64,000 nt of DNA from Dehalococcoidia bacterium (GTDB lineage: Bacteria; Chloroflexota; Dehalococcoidia; Bin125), in NCBI GenBank assembly GCA_963663235.2, contig CAXXNO010000012.1:32001-96000 (forward strand), written 5' to 3'. Shown piece by piece: positions 1-9,200 of this stretch (position 1 is its first letter; every line of letters starts with the position of its first letter). Position numbers and translations under genes: made by a program. Below the pieces are notes generated by a model. That model did no database searches and was not told the DNA's origin. It worked only from the letters and a program-made list of their open reading frames with translations.

Positions 1-1
1 C

Positions 2-460
2 TCCTTCCTCGCCTGGATGATCCAGGCCTGCGACGCCGCCGATGCTGCCGACGCCAACCCCCAGGCCGTCGACTTCGCCTTCACCATGGCCGACTGGGCG
101 CTCCAGTCTCAGTTCGGGGAGGACCACCCCAACCCCGCCTGGGCCGGCGGCTACCGGGGCGGCCCCGGCATCGGCACGGCCGCCTACACCGAGGGCATGG
201 TGAGCGCCCTCGCCATCGCCCGACGCCGCGGCGACGCCGACCGCGCCCGCCGCTACGAGCGCAGCGTCCGGCTCGCCATGCGCTTCCTTCTCCAGTTGCA
301 GTTGGAGCCGCCCGACCTGATCTTCATCCCCGGTGAAGGCCATCGCGGCTCCGTGCGCCACACGCTCACCAGCCGCCTCCTCCGCTGCGACAACGCCCAG
401 CACTTCCTCATGGCCGCCCTCCGCGCCGCCGCCCTCCTCGACGACGACGCCACCCCCTAG
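2..460 (+). CDS. Partial (5' end outside window) alpha-helical toroid / six-hairpin-like protein, resembling the C-terminus of AMMECR1-associated proteins
   Basis: Frame is open from the window start (SFLAWMIQ...). Motifs TAAYTEG and RCDNAQH; high-GC codon usage. Confidence 0.45.
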   Translation, partial: SFLAWMIQACDAADAADANPQAVDFAFTMADWALQSQFGEDHPNPAWAGGYRGGPGIGTAAYTEGMVSALAIARRRGDADRARRYERSVRLAMRFLLQLQLEPPDLIFIPGEGHRGSVRHTLTSRLLRCDNAQHFLMAALRAAALLDDDATP

Positions 461-534
461 CGCTGTGCACCAGCGAAGATTGCCGCCCGTTAGACTTCCT
501 TCCCTCGAAGCATGTGGAATGGGGAGCGAGTGCC

Positions 535-1335
535 ATGCACAAGGAGCAGCGCCAGCGCGCGTTTGAAGCCGTCGAGAGAGCGACCGAGCTGCCGATGCTC
601 GTGCTCGCACTGGCGATGATCCCGCTGATCGTCGTTCCGTTGGTAATGGACTTATCGAGCAGTGCGGATCAGGCGCTGTTCGCGGCCAACTGGTTCATCT
701 GGGCGGCCTTCGCCGCCGAGCTCGTAGCGAAGACCTACTTGGCCCCTGATCGCCGCCGCTACTTGATCACCCACTGGTTTGACGTGCTGATCGTCGTGAT
801 TCCCTTCCTGCGCCCGCTGCGCATCGTGCGCTCACTGCAGGCTCTGCGCCTCTTGCAGACCGTGAGACTCGTCGCCGTCCTATCGCGGTCGCTGGGTAGT
901 ACCCGACGCCTCATGACGCAACACGGGCTCCAATACATGCTGCTGAGCGCGTTGGTTTTTGTAATCGGATCGGCGGGCGCAGTCGCGCTGCTCGAGCGAA
1001 GCGCCGGAGGAGAGATCGGGGGATTCGACAATGCGCTCTGGTGGGCCATCGTCACAGTGACGACGGTCGGCTACGGCGACACCGTGCCGACGACAACGGA
1101 GGCGCGAGCAATCGCCGCCATGCTGATGTTAGTCGGCGTCGGGCTCTTCGGGGTTCTCACGGCGAATATCGCCGCGTTCTTCGTGGAGTCACACGAGGAA
1201 GACGTGTCCGGTCCTGAGCTGGAATCGCTACGAGCCCAGCTGACCCGGATTGAGCACCAGCTCGCGAACTTGAACCGCACCATGCCGGCCAATACCGTCA
1301 CCGGTGGTCAGGAGGAGCAATCCGTTGACAGTTGA
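535..1335 (+). CDS. Voltage-gated-type potassium channel (ion transporter)
   Basis: TVGYGD selectivity filter, S4-like LRPLRIVRSLQALRLL, six hydrophobic segments. Confidence 0.93.
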   Translation: MHKEQRQRAFEAVERATELPMLVLALAMIPLIVVPLVMDLSSSADQALFAANWFIWAAFAAELVAKTYLAPDRRRYLITHWFDVLIVVIPFLRPLRIVRSLQALRLLQTVRLVAVLSRSLGSTRRLMTQHGLQYMLLSALVFVIGSAGAVALLERSAGGEIGGFDNALWWAIVTVTTVGYGDTVPTTTEARAIAAMLMLVGVGLFGVLTANIAAFFVESHEEDVSGPELESLRAQLTRIEHQLANLNRTMPANTVTGGQEEQSVDS

Positions 1336-1485
1336 GACCGCCTCGAACCATCGACGGCTTGAGCGAGCCCGCGGCCGAGACGGCCGTACTCCGCCGAGTG
1401 CCGTCGTGAGCCGCATCGACACCAGCGCCACACGGGCTCCGCAGCCGCAAGCGGCCGGTAACACGACAGCCACGCGATGCGGAAC

Positions 1486-2532
1486 ATGAAAACACGCGCC
1501 CTCACCATCACCGACGGCCAGCAACTCGCCCTCCGCGAGATGGACCTCTATCCCGAGCCTGGCGAAGTCCTCCTCAAAGTCCACGACTGCGGCATCTGCG
1601 GCTCCGACCTCCACGCCCTCAAGTTCCCGCACGTCTTCAGCTCCGGCCCCGGCTTCGTCCTCGGTCACGAGTTCAGCGGCGAGGTCGCGGAAATTACCCC
1701 CGAGGCCCGAGCCCTGACCGACTGCCGCCCCGGCGACCGCGTCGTCGCCCTCCCCTCCATCGGCTGCGGCGACTGCGCCGACTGCCTCGCCGGACTGGAG
1801 TGGCGCTGCGTCACCAAGCGTGGCGTCGGCCTCGGCTCCGTCCCCGGCGCTTTCGCCGACTACGTCCGCGCCGGACCGCGCCAGCTCTTCCGCATCCCGG
1901 ACGGACTCTCTTTCCGCCATGCCGCCCTCACGGAGCCGCTCGCCGTCGCGCTGCACGGCGTCCGTCGCGCCCGCCTGGCCCCCGGCGATCCCTGCCTGAT
2001 CATGGGCGCGGGCCTCATTGGCCTCTTCGCCCTCGTCTGGGCGCGACTGGCCGGCGCCGAGCCCATCGTCGTCTCCGACCCCGCCCCCACCCGACGCGAG
2101 CAGGCGCTCGCCCTGGGCGCGCACGACACCGTCGATCCTCAATCCAACGATCCCGGCGCCCGCATGCGCCAACTCGCCGGCGGACGCTGGCCGCGGGTGG
2201 TGCTGGAATGCGTGGGGACGCGGCCAACCTTGCAGGAGGCCATGCGCCTCGCCGCGCGCGGGGGCCGCGTTATCGTGCTCGGCATCTCCATGGAGCCCTA
2301 CGACCTCCAGCCCATGACCGCGCACGCGAAAGAGTTGGAGATACATTATGTGTTCGCTTATTCTCACGACGAATTCGCCGAGGCGCTGCAGGCCCTGGCC
2401 CGGGCCGCCATCCCCGCGGAAGACCTGATCACCGACGTCATCGCGCTCGACGCTGTCCCCGCCATGTTCGCCGCGCTCGCCCACCCGACCACGCAGGTCA
2501 AGGTGCTGGTGGAGCCCGCTCTGCGCGCTTGA
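1486..2532 (+). CDS. Zinc-dependent alcohol dehydrogenase (MDR family)
   Basis: CGICGSD and GHEFSG motifs, structural Zn CxxCxxCx7C, GAGLIG Rossmann motif. Confidence 0.92.
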   Translation: MKTRALTITDGQQLALREMDLYPEPGEVLLKVHDCGICGSDLHALKFPHVFSSGPGFVLGHEFSGEVAEITPEARALTDCRPGDRVVALPSIGCGDCADCLAGLEWRCVTKRGVGLGSVPGAFADYVRAGPRQLFRIPDGLSFRHAALTEPLAVALHGVRRARLAPGDPCLIMGAGLIGLFALVWARLAGAEPIVVSDPAPTRREQALALGAHDTVDPQSNDPGARMRQLAGGRWPRVVLECVGTRPTLQEAMRLAARGGRVIVLGISMEPYDLQPMTAHAKELEIHYVFAYSHDEFAEALQALARAAIPAEDLITDVIALDAVPAMFAALAHPTTQVKVLVEPALRA

Positions 2533-2572
2533 ACGCCCCTGCGATCCATTCCGGCAGCGGCTAGGATGGAAG

Positions 2573-3658
2573 GTGATGACCACCGCCGGGAAGCCAAACG
2601 CCGCGCGCAAACAGCCGCCCGTTCGCAAGCCACGCTCACCGCGCGGCAAGCAGGCGCAGCGGGCTGCGGAGATCCACCCGCAGTTCGACCTCTCCAATCA
2701 GGCGCTGGTCGATCTCTGGTACAAGATGGTGCTGGCCCGCCGCATCGCGGAGCGCTGGTTCATCTTGAACCGGCAGGGGCGCGCCCCCTTCGTGATCACC
2801 GGCCAGGGCCACGAGGCCACCCAGGTCGGGACCGCCGCCGCGCTCACCCCCGGCAAGGACTGGGCGGTGCCCTACTACCGCGACATCGGCGTCGTCCTGG
2901 TGCTGGGCATGACGCCCTACGAGCTGATGCTCAACGTCTTCGCCAAGGCGGACGACCCCAACAGCGGCGGACGCCAGATGCCCACGCACTGGAGCCACCG
3001 CGACCTGCGCATCGTCTCCGGCTCCAGCGTGGTTGCCACCCAGGTGCCCATCGCGGCGGGTGTCGCCTGGGCCGCCAAGCTGCGCGGCGAGGACAGCGTC
3101 ACGGTGGCGTACTTGGGCGAGGGCTCGACGAACCAGGGCGACTTCCATGAGGGACTGAACTTCGCCAGTGTGCAGCGCCTTCCCCTGATCGTGGTGGTGG
3201 AGAACAACGGCTACGCCATCACCGAGCAGCAGGAAAAGGAGATGGCCATCCAGGACGTCGCCGACCGCGCAGCCGCCTACGGCATTCCCGGTGTCGTGGT
3301 CGATGGCAACGACCTGCTGGAGGTCTATCGCACCATGCAGTGGGCGGTGCACCAGGCCCGCACCGGCCACGGCCCCACCTTGCTGGAGGCCAAGACCTAC
3401 CGCACGGTCCCCCACTCCTCTGACGACGACGACCGACGCTACCGCACCCGCGAGGAGCTGGAGCTCTGGCTCAAGCGCGATCCCATCGACCGCTTCCGCA
3501 AGCTCCTCATCGACGACGGCGTCCTCACCGACGAGCACGCCGAGCAACTGCTGAACGACGCCACGGAGGAGATCCGCGCCGCCCAGGCCCAGGCCGAGGA
3601 CCGGGCCGATCCCGACCCCGCCACCCTCCTCGACCATCTCTTCGGATCGCCCGCATGA
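2573..3658 (+). CDS. bkdAA: 2-oxoacid (probably branched-chain) dehydrogenase E1 alpha
   Basis: GHEA, PYYRD, GRQMPTHW, TPP motif GEG...NN, HSSDDD. Confidence 0.85.
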   Translation: MMTTAGKPNAARKQPPVRKPRSPRGKQAQRAAEIHPQFDLSNQALVDLWYKMVLARRIAERWFILNRQGRAPFVITGQGHEATQVGTAAALTPGKDWAVPYYRDIGVVLVLGMTPYELMLNVFAKADDPNSGGRQMPTHWSHRDLRIVSGSSVVATQVPIAAGVAWAAKLRGEDSVTVAYLGEGSTNQGDFHEGLNFASVQRLPLIVVVENNGYAITEQQEKEMAIQDVADRAAAYGIPGVVVDGNDLLEVYRTMQWAVHQARTGHGPTLLEAKTYRTVPHSSDDDDRRYRTREELELWLKRDPIDRFRKLLIDDGVLTDEHAEQLLNDATEEIRAAQAQAEDRADPDPATLLDHLFGSPA

Positions 3659-4635
3659 CCGCCGTCTCCATCGCCGATGCCATCCGCTCCGCGCACCAGG
3701 AGATCATGCGCGCCGACGAACGGGTCATCCTGCTCGGTGAAGACGTCGAGACCGGCGGCGTCTTCCGCATCACCGAAGGCTTGCTCGATGAGTTCGGCCC
3801 CCAACGGGTCTTCGACACGCCGCTGGCGGAGTCCGGCTTCGTAGGCGCGGCTATCGGCGCCGCGCTCGCGGGGATGCGCCCAATCGTGGAGATCCAGTTC
3901 GTGGACTTCATTCTCCCGGCCATCAACCAGCTGATCTCCGAGGCCGCCAAGATGCGCTACCGCAGCATCGGCGAATGGTCGGTGCCCATGGTCGTGCGCT
4001 CCCCCTACGGCGGCGGCGTGCACGGCGGCCTCTACCACTCCCAGTGCTTCGAGGCGCTCTTCGCCCACGTCCCCGGCTTGAAAGTCGTGATGCCCGCCAC
4101 CCCCGCCGACGCCAAGGCGCTCCTGCACACCGCCGTAGCCGATCCCGACCCCGTGATCTTCCTGGAGCACAAGCGCTCCTACCGGCTCATCAAGGACGAG
4201 GTGCCGGAGCCGCTGCCGGAGGTGCCCATCGGCAAGGCGATCGTCCGCCGCGACGGTGACGACGTCGCCATCATCGCTACGGGCCTCATGGTCCACGAGA
4301 GCCTCGCCGCCGCCGAGCAACTGGCCGGCGAGGGAGTCGACTGCCTGGTGCTGGACTTGCGCTCCATCGCCCCGCTGGACCGTGATGCCATCATCGACGC
4401 GGTGCAGCGCACCGGCAAAGTGGTGATCACGCACGAGGATCACCTCACCGGCGGCATCGCCGGCGAGGTCGCGGCGATCATCGCCGCCGACGCCTTTGAG
4501 CACCTGGACGGCCCCATCAAGCGCGTGGCCGGGCCCGATGTCCCCGCCATGGGCTACCACCCCAACTTCGAGAAGGCCTTCATCCCCGACGCCGAGCGCA
4601 TCGCCGCCGCCGCGCGGGATCTCGCGGCCTACTGA
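3655..4635 (+). CDS. bkdAB: 2-oxoacid dehydrogenase E1 beta
   Basis: GEDV, GGVFR, DTPLAE, EIQF, HSQ motifs; ATGA overlap with E1 alpha. Confidence 0.85.
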   Translation: MTAVSIADAIRSAHQEIMRADERVILLGEDVETGGVFRITEGLLDEFGPQRVFDTPLAESGFVGAAIGAALAGMRPIVEIQFVDFILPAINQLISEAAKMRYRSIGEWSVPMVVRSPYGGGVHGGLYHSQCFEALFAHVPGLKVVMPATPADAKALLHTAVADPDPVIFLEHKRSYRLIKDEVPEPLPEVPIGKAIVRRDGDDVAIIATGLMVHESLAAAEQLAGEGVDCLVLDLRSIAPLDRDAIIDAVQRTGKVVITHEDHLTGGIAGEVAAIIAADAFEHLDGPIKRVAGPDVPAMGYHPNFEKAFIPDAERIAAAARDLAAY

Positions 4636-4643
4636 GCGCATCG

Positions 4644-5897
4644 ATGGCCACCCTCACCATGCCACAGTTGGGCGAGACCGTGACCGAAGGCACGGTGCTC
4701 CGATGGCTGAAGCAGCCCAACGACCACATCGACCTCGACGAGCCCTTGGTCGAGATCGACACCGAGAAGGTCAACGTCGAGATCCCCTCACCCTTCGCCG
4801 GCACGCTGGCCGCCATCCTCGTGCCCGAGGGCGAGACCGTGCCCGTGGGCACGCCGCTCGCCGAGATCGCCGGCGCTGAGGAAGCGGCCCCCGCGGCTCC
4901 CGCCCCCACCGCCAAACTGGCCCCCAAACCAGCCGCTCCTCCACCGCCGCAAGCGCCCCCAATCACTTCGAAAGCCGCCCCGAAAACCGCGCCAAAAACC
5001 GCTGTAAGGCCCGGCGGCGACCGGCCCCGTGTCCTCTCCCCCGTCGTCGCCCGCCTCGCCGCCGAGCACGGCATCGACCCGGCCACTCTCGCCGGCACCG
5101 GCGCAGGCGGTCGCGTGACCAAGAAAGACGTGCTGGCCGCCATCGAGACGGGTCCGGCCGCCGCGCCCGCCCCTGCTCCCGCAGCAGCGCAGAGAGCCGG
5201 CGACGTCGCGACTCCCCTCTCGCCCATGCGACGCGCCATCGCCGAGCACATGCTCCGCAGCAAGCGCAGCGCGCCCCACGCCTGGCTGGTGATCGAGACC
5301 GATGTCACCGGGCTGGTGCGCGCCCGTCAGGCGCTCAAAGATTCGTTCCGGGAGCGCGAGGGGGTGGACCTGAGCTACCTCGCCTTCGTCTCCAAGGTCG
5401 TCACCCAGGCCCTCCGCGACTTCCCTCCCATCAACTCCACCTGGGACGGCGACCAGCTCTACGAGCGCGGCGACGTCAACCTCGGCTTCGCCGTCGACGT
5501 GCCGGACGGGCTCATCGTCCCCGTGGTCAAGCAGGCCGACCGCATGAGCGTCGCCGCGCTGGCCCACGCCATCGCCGATGTCGCCGCGCGCGCCCGCGCC
5601 GGTCGCCTCAAGCTGGACGAGGTGCAAGGCGGTACGTTCACCATCGACAACACCGGCACCTTCGGCACCACGCTCTCCGCCCCCATCATCAACCAGCCCC
5701 AGGTCGCCATCCTCACCACCGAGGCGATCGTCAAACGGCCCGTGGTCGTGGACGACGACGCCATCGCCGTGCGCTCCATGCAGAACCTCTGCTGCTCCTT
5801 TGACCACCGCGCCCTGGACGGCGCCATCGCCGCCCGCTTCACCGCCCGCGTCAAGGCCCTCCTCGAAGCCATCGGCCCCGACACGGCGATCTACTAG
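4644..5897 (+). CDS. bkdB: Dihydrolipoamide acyltransferase E2
   Basis: Lipoyl domain (TEKV), E3-binding domain (GTGAGGRVTKKD), catalytic DHRALDG. Confidence 0.88.
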   Translation: MATLTMPQLGETVTEGTVLRWLKQPNDHIDLDEPLVEIDTEKVNVEIPSPFAGTLAAILVPEGETVPVGTPLAEIAGAEEAAPAAPAPTAKLAPKPAAPPPPQAPPITSKAAPKTAPKTAVRPGGDRPRVLSPVVARLAAEHGIDPATLAGTGAGGRVTKKDVLAAIETGPAAAPAPAPAAAQRAGDVATPLSPMRRAIAEHMLRSKRSAPHAWLVIETDVTGLVRARQALKDSFREREGVDLSYLAFVSKVVTQALRDFPPINSTWDGDQLYERGDVNLGFAVDVPDGLIVPVVKQADRMSVAALAHAIADVAARARAGRLKLDEVQGGTFTIDNTGTFGTTLSAPIINQPQVAILTTEAIVKRPVVVDDDAIAVRSMQNLCCSFDHRALDGAIAARFTARVKALLEAIGPDTAIY

Positions 5898-6324
5898 ACG
5901 GCCCGACCTAGCCCCAACTCCCCCACCCGACGACGCGCCACCGCCTCTACACTGCCCAGCTCCCGCCACGCCGCTCGCACCGCCGCGGCCGGCATCAGCA
6001 GCTCTGCGGCAAAGGCATCGCACAGCGCCTCTCGGCTCCGCGGGCCCAGCCCCTCACCGCACGCGCTCCCCGCGCCCTGGACCCCCAGCGCACATGCCCG
6101 ATCTCGTGCGCCAGCGTGAAGCGCGCCCGCGCGCGGGCGTCGCGCGCGTTGAGGAGCACCACCCATCGGCCCTCCACCAACGACACCACCCCCCGCACCC
6201 GCGCGTGCAACTCCTCCTCCAGCACCACTGCCTCGCGATGGTCCAGCCGGCGCAGGCACTCGATCAACGGGACGGGGGCCCGGCCGCCCGCGGCGGCGGC
6301 CAGCCGCCGCGCCAGGCGCTGCAT
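5894..6324 (-). pseudogene. ImmA/IrrE family metalloprotease, frameshifted near 6090
   Basis: RFTLAHEIGH in one frame and EALCDAFAAELLMP in the next; adding one base near 6090 joins them. Confidence 0.8.
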
Positions 6325-6355
6325 GGAGAACCGCAGCTCCAGCCGTTCGGTTCGC

Positions 6356-6811
6356 TCAGCTCTCCGGGGGCGGCTCGCTCTGCCCCTCGGAGGGCTCACG
6401 CATAAGTCGGCGCGCCCGCTCGAACGCTTCGTCCAGGGAGGCGTGCGCCACGGCCCGCTCCGCCTCGCCCTCATATAAGAGTTTCCAGTCCTCCCGTGTG
6501 GCCGGGCGCAGGAGTCGACGCCGACGCTCCTCTTCATACGCGGGGTTGGTGAACCACTCAATGCTGCGCCCCAGGACGTCGGCGATCTGCTGCAGCGTGT
6601 GCGGATCGATCCCGCGCCGCCCCCGCTCGATATCCGACAGCCAGTTCTTCTGCCGCCCCACCCTCGCCGATAGCTGCTCCTGCGTCAGTCCCGCATGCAG
6701 GCGGCCCGCCCGCAGCCGTTTCCCCAACGCGGCGCGCTGCCGGGCAGCCTCGCCGCCCTCGGCTCCCCGTTCCGCCGCTCTCGATTCGCCCCGTGGGGGT
6801 TGGTCCACCAC
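6356..6811 (-). CDS. XRE-family HTH transcriptional regulator
   Basis: LTQEQLSARVG...LSDIERGRR HTH_3 pattern; lies directly upstream of the ImmA/IrrE gene. Start uncertain. Confidence 0.85.
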   Translation of the reverse strand: MVDQPPRGESRAAERGAEGGEAARQRAALGKRLRAGRLHAGLTQEQLSARVGRQKNWLSDIERGRRGIDPHTLQQIADVLGRSIEWFTNPAYEEERRRRLLRPATREDWKLLYEGEAERAVAHASLDEAFERARRLMREPSEGQSEPPPES

Positions 6812-6982
6812 GCTGCCGTGACTCCAGTCGATCCTGCGCGCTTGTCGCACAGTCGTACATTCGCTATCATATACCCGCACATCGCGAACCGCAACCCCAC
6901 CGACTCACGGTGGCCCCGATCGAGAGGTCTCCGTGAGTCGTATCCCAGATCCAACAACCTTCCTCACCCACTCGGCGCCACC

Positions 6983-7936
6983 GGTTCTATCAGATCTCAG
7001 GGCTCGTCGGCGTAGCGTCGCCTCGTTCATGACGCAACGAGGAGACGCCGATGCACTGTCCGCACTGCCGCTCGACTGCGACGACCAAGCGCAGGCATCG
7101 CACGACGCTAGGCTACCAGCGATTCAACTGTCGCGCGTGTGGACGGCGCTTCAACGAGCGGACCGGCACGCCCTTCAACGATCTCCAGTACCCGACGGAC
7201 CTCGTGCTGCTCGCCGTGCTGTGGCGCCTGCGGTACAAGCTCAGCTTCCGGGACGTCGCCGAACTGCTCCTCGAGCGAGGCTACACGGTGACGCATGAGA
7301 CGATCCGCGATTGGGAGTTCCGCTTCGCGCCACTCCTGGCGGACCGGCTTCGCGCCAAGCGGCGCGGTCGCGCGGGCGTCTCCTGGTACATCGATGAGAC
7401 CTACGTGAAGGTCGCCGGGCGATGGTGCTACCTCTATCGCGCGATCGACCGGGAGGGCGCGCTGCTCGATTCGATGCTGAGCGCGCACCGCGACAAGCAC
7501 GCCGCGCGACGCTTCCTGCGGGGTCTCATACAGATCGCCGAACGGAAGCCCTTACGCATCACGACCGACGCGCATCCCGCGTATCGCAAGGCGATCCGGT
7601 GGATCGTCGGGCGGAAGGTGCGACATCGCTGCAATCAATACCTCAACAACTGGATTGAGCAGGATCACCGCGCCATCAAGCAGCGCTACTATCCGATGCG
7701 GGGCTTCGGGCGGTTCGCTTCCGCTGCCCAGTTCTGCGCGGCCTTCGATGCGCTGCGCCAGTACTTTCGCGTTCCGCCCCGGCCCGGACTACCGATCCCG
7801 TTGGCGACGCGGCGCCCGCTGTTCGTCGCCCGCTGGCGGTCCCTGATCCAGGAGATGCAGGTCGCCTAGGACACCATCAACGCTCGCCGGATCACCACGC
7901 ATCGTTGGCCCCGCTGCCCTCAGATCTGACAGAACC
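6983..7936 (+). mobile_element. IS6-family insertion sequence (copy 1)
   Basis: IRs GGTTCTATCAGATCTCAGG (6983) and CCTCAGATCTGACAGAACC (ends 7936), 17/19 match; no target duplication seen. Confidence 0.9.
7051..7869 (+). CDS. IS6-family transposase with N-terminal zinc ribbon
   Basis: CPHC...CRAC; WYIDETYVKV, YLYRAID, TTD, NNWIEQDHRAIK. Confidence 0.92.
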   Translation: MHCPHCRSTATTKRRHRTTLGYQRFNCRACGRRFNERTGTPFNDLQYPTDLVLLAVLWRLRYKLSFRDVAELLLERGYTVTHETIRDWEFRFAPLLADRLRAKRRGRAGVSWYIDETYVKVAGRWCYLYRAIDREGALLDSMLSAHRDKHAARRFLRGLIQIAERKPLRITTDAHPAYRKAIRWIVGRKVRHRCNQYLNNWIEQDHRAIKQRYYPMRGFGRFASAAQFCAAFDALRQYFRVPPRPGLPIPLATRRPLFVARWRSLIQEMQVA

Positions 7937-8610
7937 CGGTGAGGGTGTTCAGGTATCGATTGCATCGGTGCCGCACCGTTCTCCCCAGGATCCCGCGGAT
8001 CGCTCGGCGGTACGGCGGATGCGGGTCCGTCGTGACACGCTCGGGCTTGCGCTCGGCCACGTCCACCAGGCGGCGCAGGAAGCGCCGGGCGGCATGCGTG
8101 TCGCGCTGCGCCCTCCGCCTCGAATCGAGGAGTGCCCCCTCGCGATCGATGGCCCGCTACAGGTAGCACCAGCGGGCCGCGCCCTTCACGGAGGTCTCAT
8201 CGATGGACCAGGCGACCCCGGCGCGGCCGCGGCGCTTGGCCCGGAGCGGGTCCGCCAGGAGCAGCGCGAGGCGGAACTCCCAACTCCGGATCGTCTCGTG
8301 CGTGACTGCGTGGCCCCGCTGGAGGAGCAGCGCGGCCACGTCCCGGAAGCGGAGCGTGTACCGCAGGCGCCACAGCACGGCGAGGAGCACGAGGTCCGTC
8401 GGGTCCTGGAGATCGTTGAACGGCGTGCCGGTCCGCTCGTTGAAGCGCCGTCCGCATGCCCGGCAGCGCAACCTGGGGTAGCCGAGCGTGGTGCGGGGCT
8501 TGCGCTTGATCGTCGCGGTCGAGCGGCAGTGCGGACAGGGCATGGCGTCTCCTCGTCGCGTCATGGGCAAGGCTACGCCACGCCTACGAGTCCTGAGATC
8601 TGACAGAACC
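7937..8610 (-). mobile_element. IS6-family element (copy 2): truncated, transposase pseudogene (ATG 8543, internal TAG 8157-8159)
   Basis: IR GGTTCTGTCAGATCTCAGG at 8610. Codon-colinear with copy 1 for ~200 codons, then cut at 7937 by the right IR of copy 1. Confidence 0.9.
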
Positions 8611-8942
8611 AGCAGATGCTGTGCTGCCCGTGCGTGTGCCACCGGCCGACGTCGTTTCGCCGGGCTCAGAAGTTTCCCGAGGCCACCTCACGCAGGATCG
8701 AGTTGTCCAGCGCCTGCTCCGCGACCAGCTGCTTCAGCCGCGCGTACTCGCGCTCCAGCTCCTTCAGCCGCTTCGCCTGGTCGACCCGCATCCCGCCGTA
8801 CTCGCGACGCCAGCGGTAGTAGGTCTGCTCACTCACCCCGAGCTTGCGCACCGCCTGGCCCACCGTATCGCCCTGGGCGAGGTGGACCTCTGCCTCCCGC
8901 AGCTTGGCGATGATCTCCTCAGCTGCGTACCGCTTCCGCTTA
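8611..8942 (-). mobile_element. IS3-family fragment (orfA plus start of orfB)
   Basis: KRYAAEEIIAKLREAE...TYYRWRREYGG...SGNF, GGAAAC frameshift region, then LSPAKRR; cut by the IS6 end at 8610. Confidence 0.88.
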
Positions 8943-9048
8943 CTCGCCCAGACGAGCTGTGGGGAACCGACGCCACACGCGCGTTCATTCACAAGAGGTA
9001 TACGAGCTGAGAAAGCAACTGGTCGAACCTGTCTTCGGAATCATCAAG
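8943..9048 (+). pseudogene. Two short transposase scraps (IS481/IS3-like, then IS1182-like)
   Basis: Translations RPDELWGTDAT and YELRKQLVEPVFGIIK. Confidence 0.55.
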
Positions 9049-9200
9049 GTATCGATTGTCGTCCTCCGCCGTCTCGGGCTCGATGGTGGAGGCGCCCTCC
9101 TTGACGAAGACGCTCTCTCCGGGAGAGCTGCCAATCCCAAACAAACCGGCGGGTGCGTCGGTTGCCAGGTCTACGGAAACTGTGTACGTCGCGTCCGCCG

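Noticed and set aside
6983-8610. Composite transposon formed by the two IS6 copies
   Set aside because: They abut tail-to-tail with no cargo, and copy 2 is truncated by copy 1.
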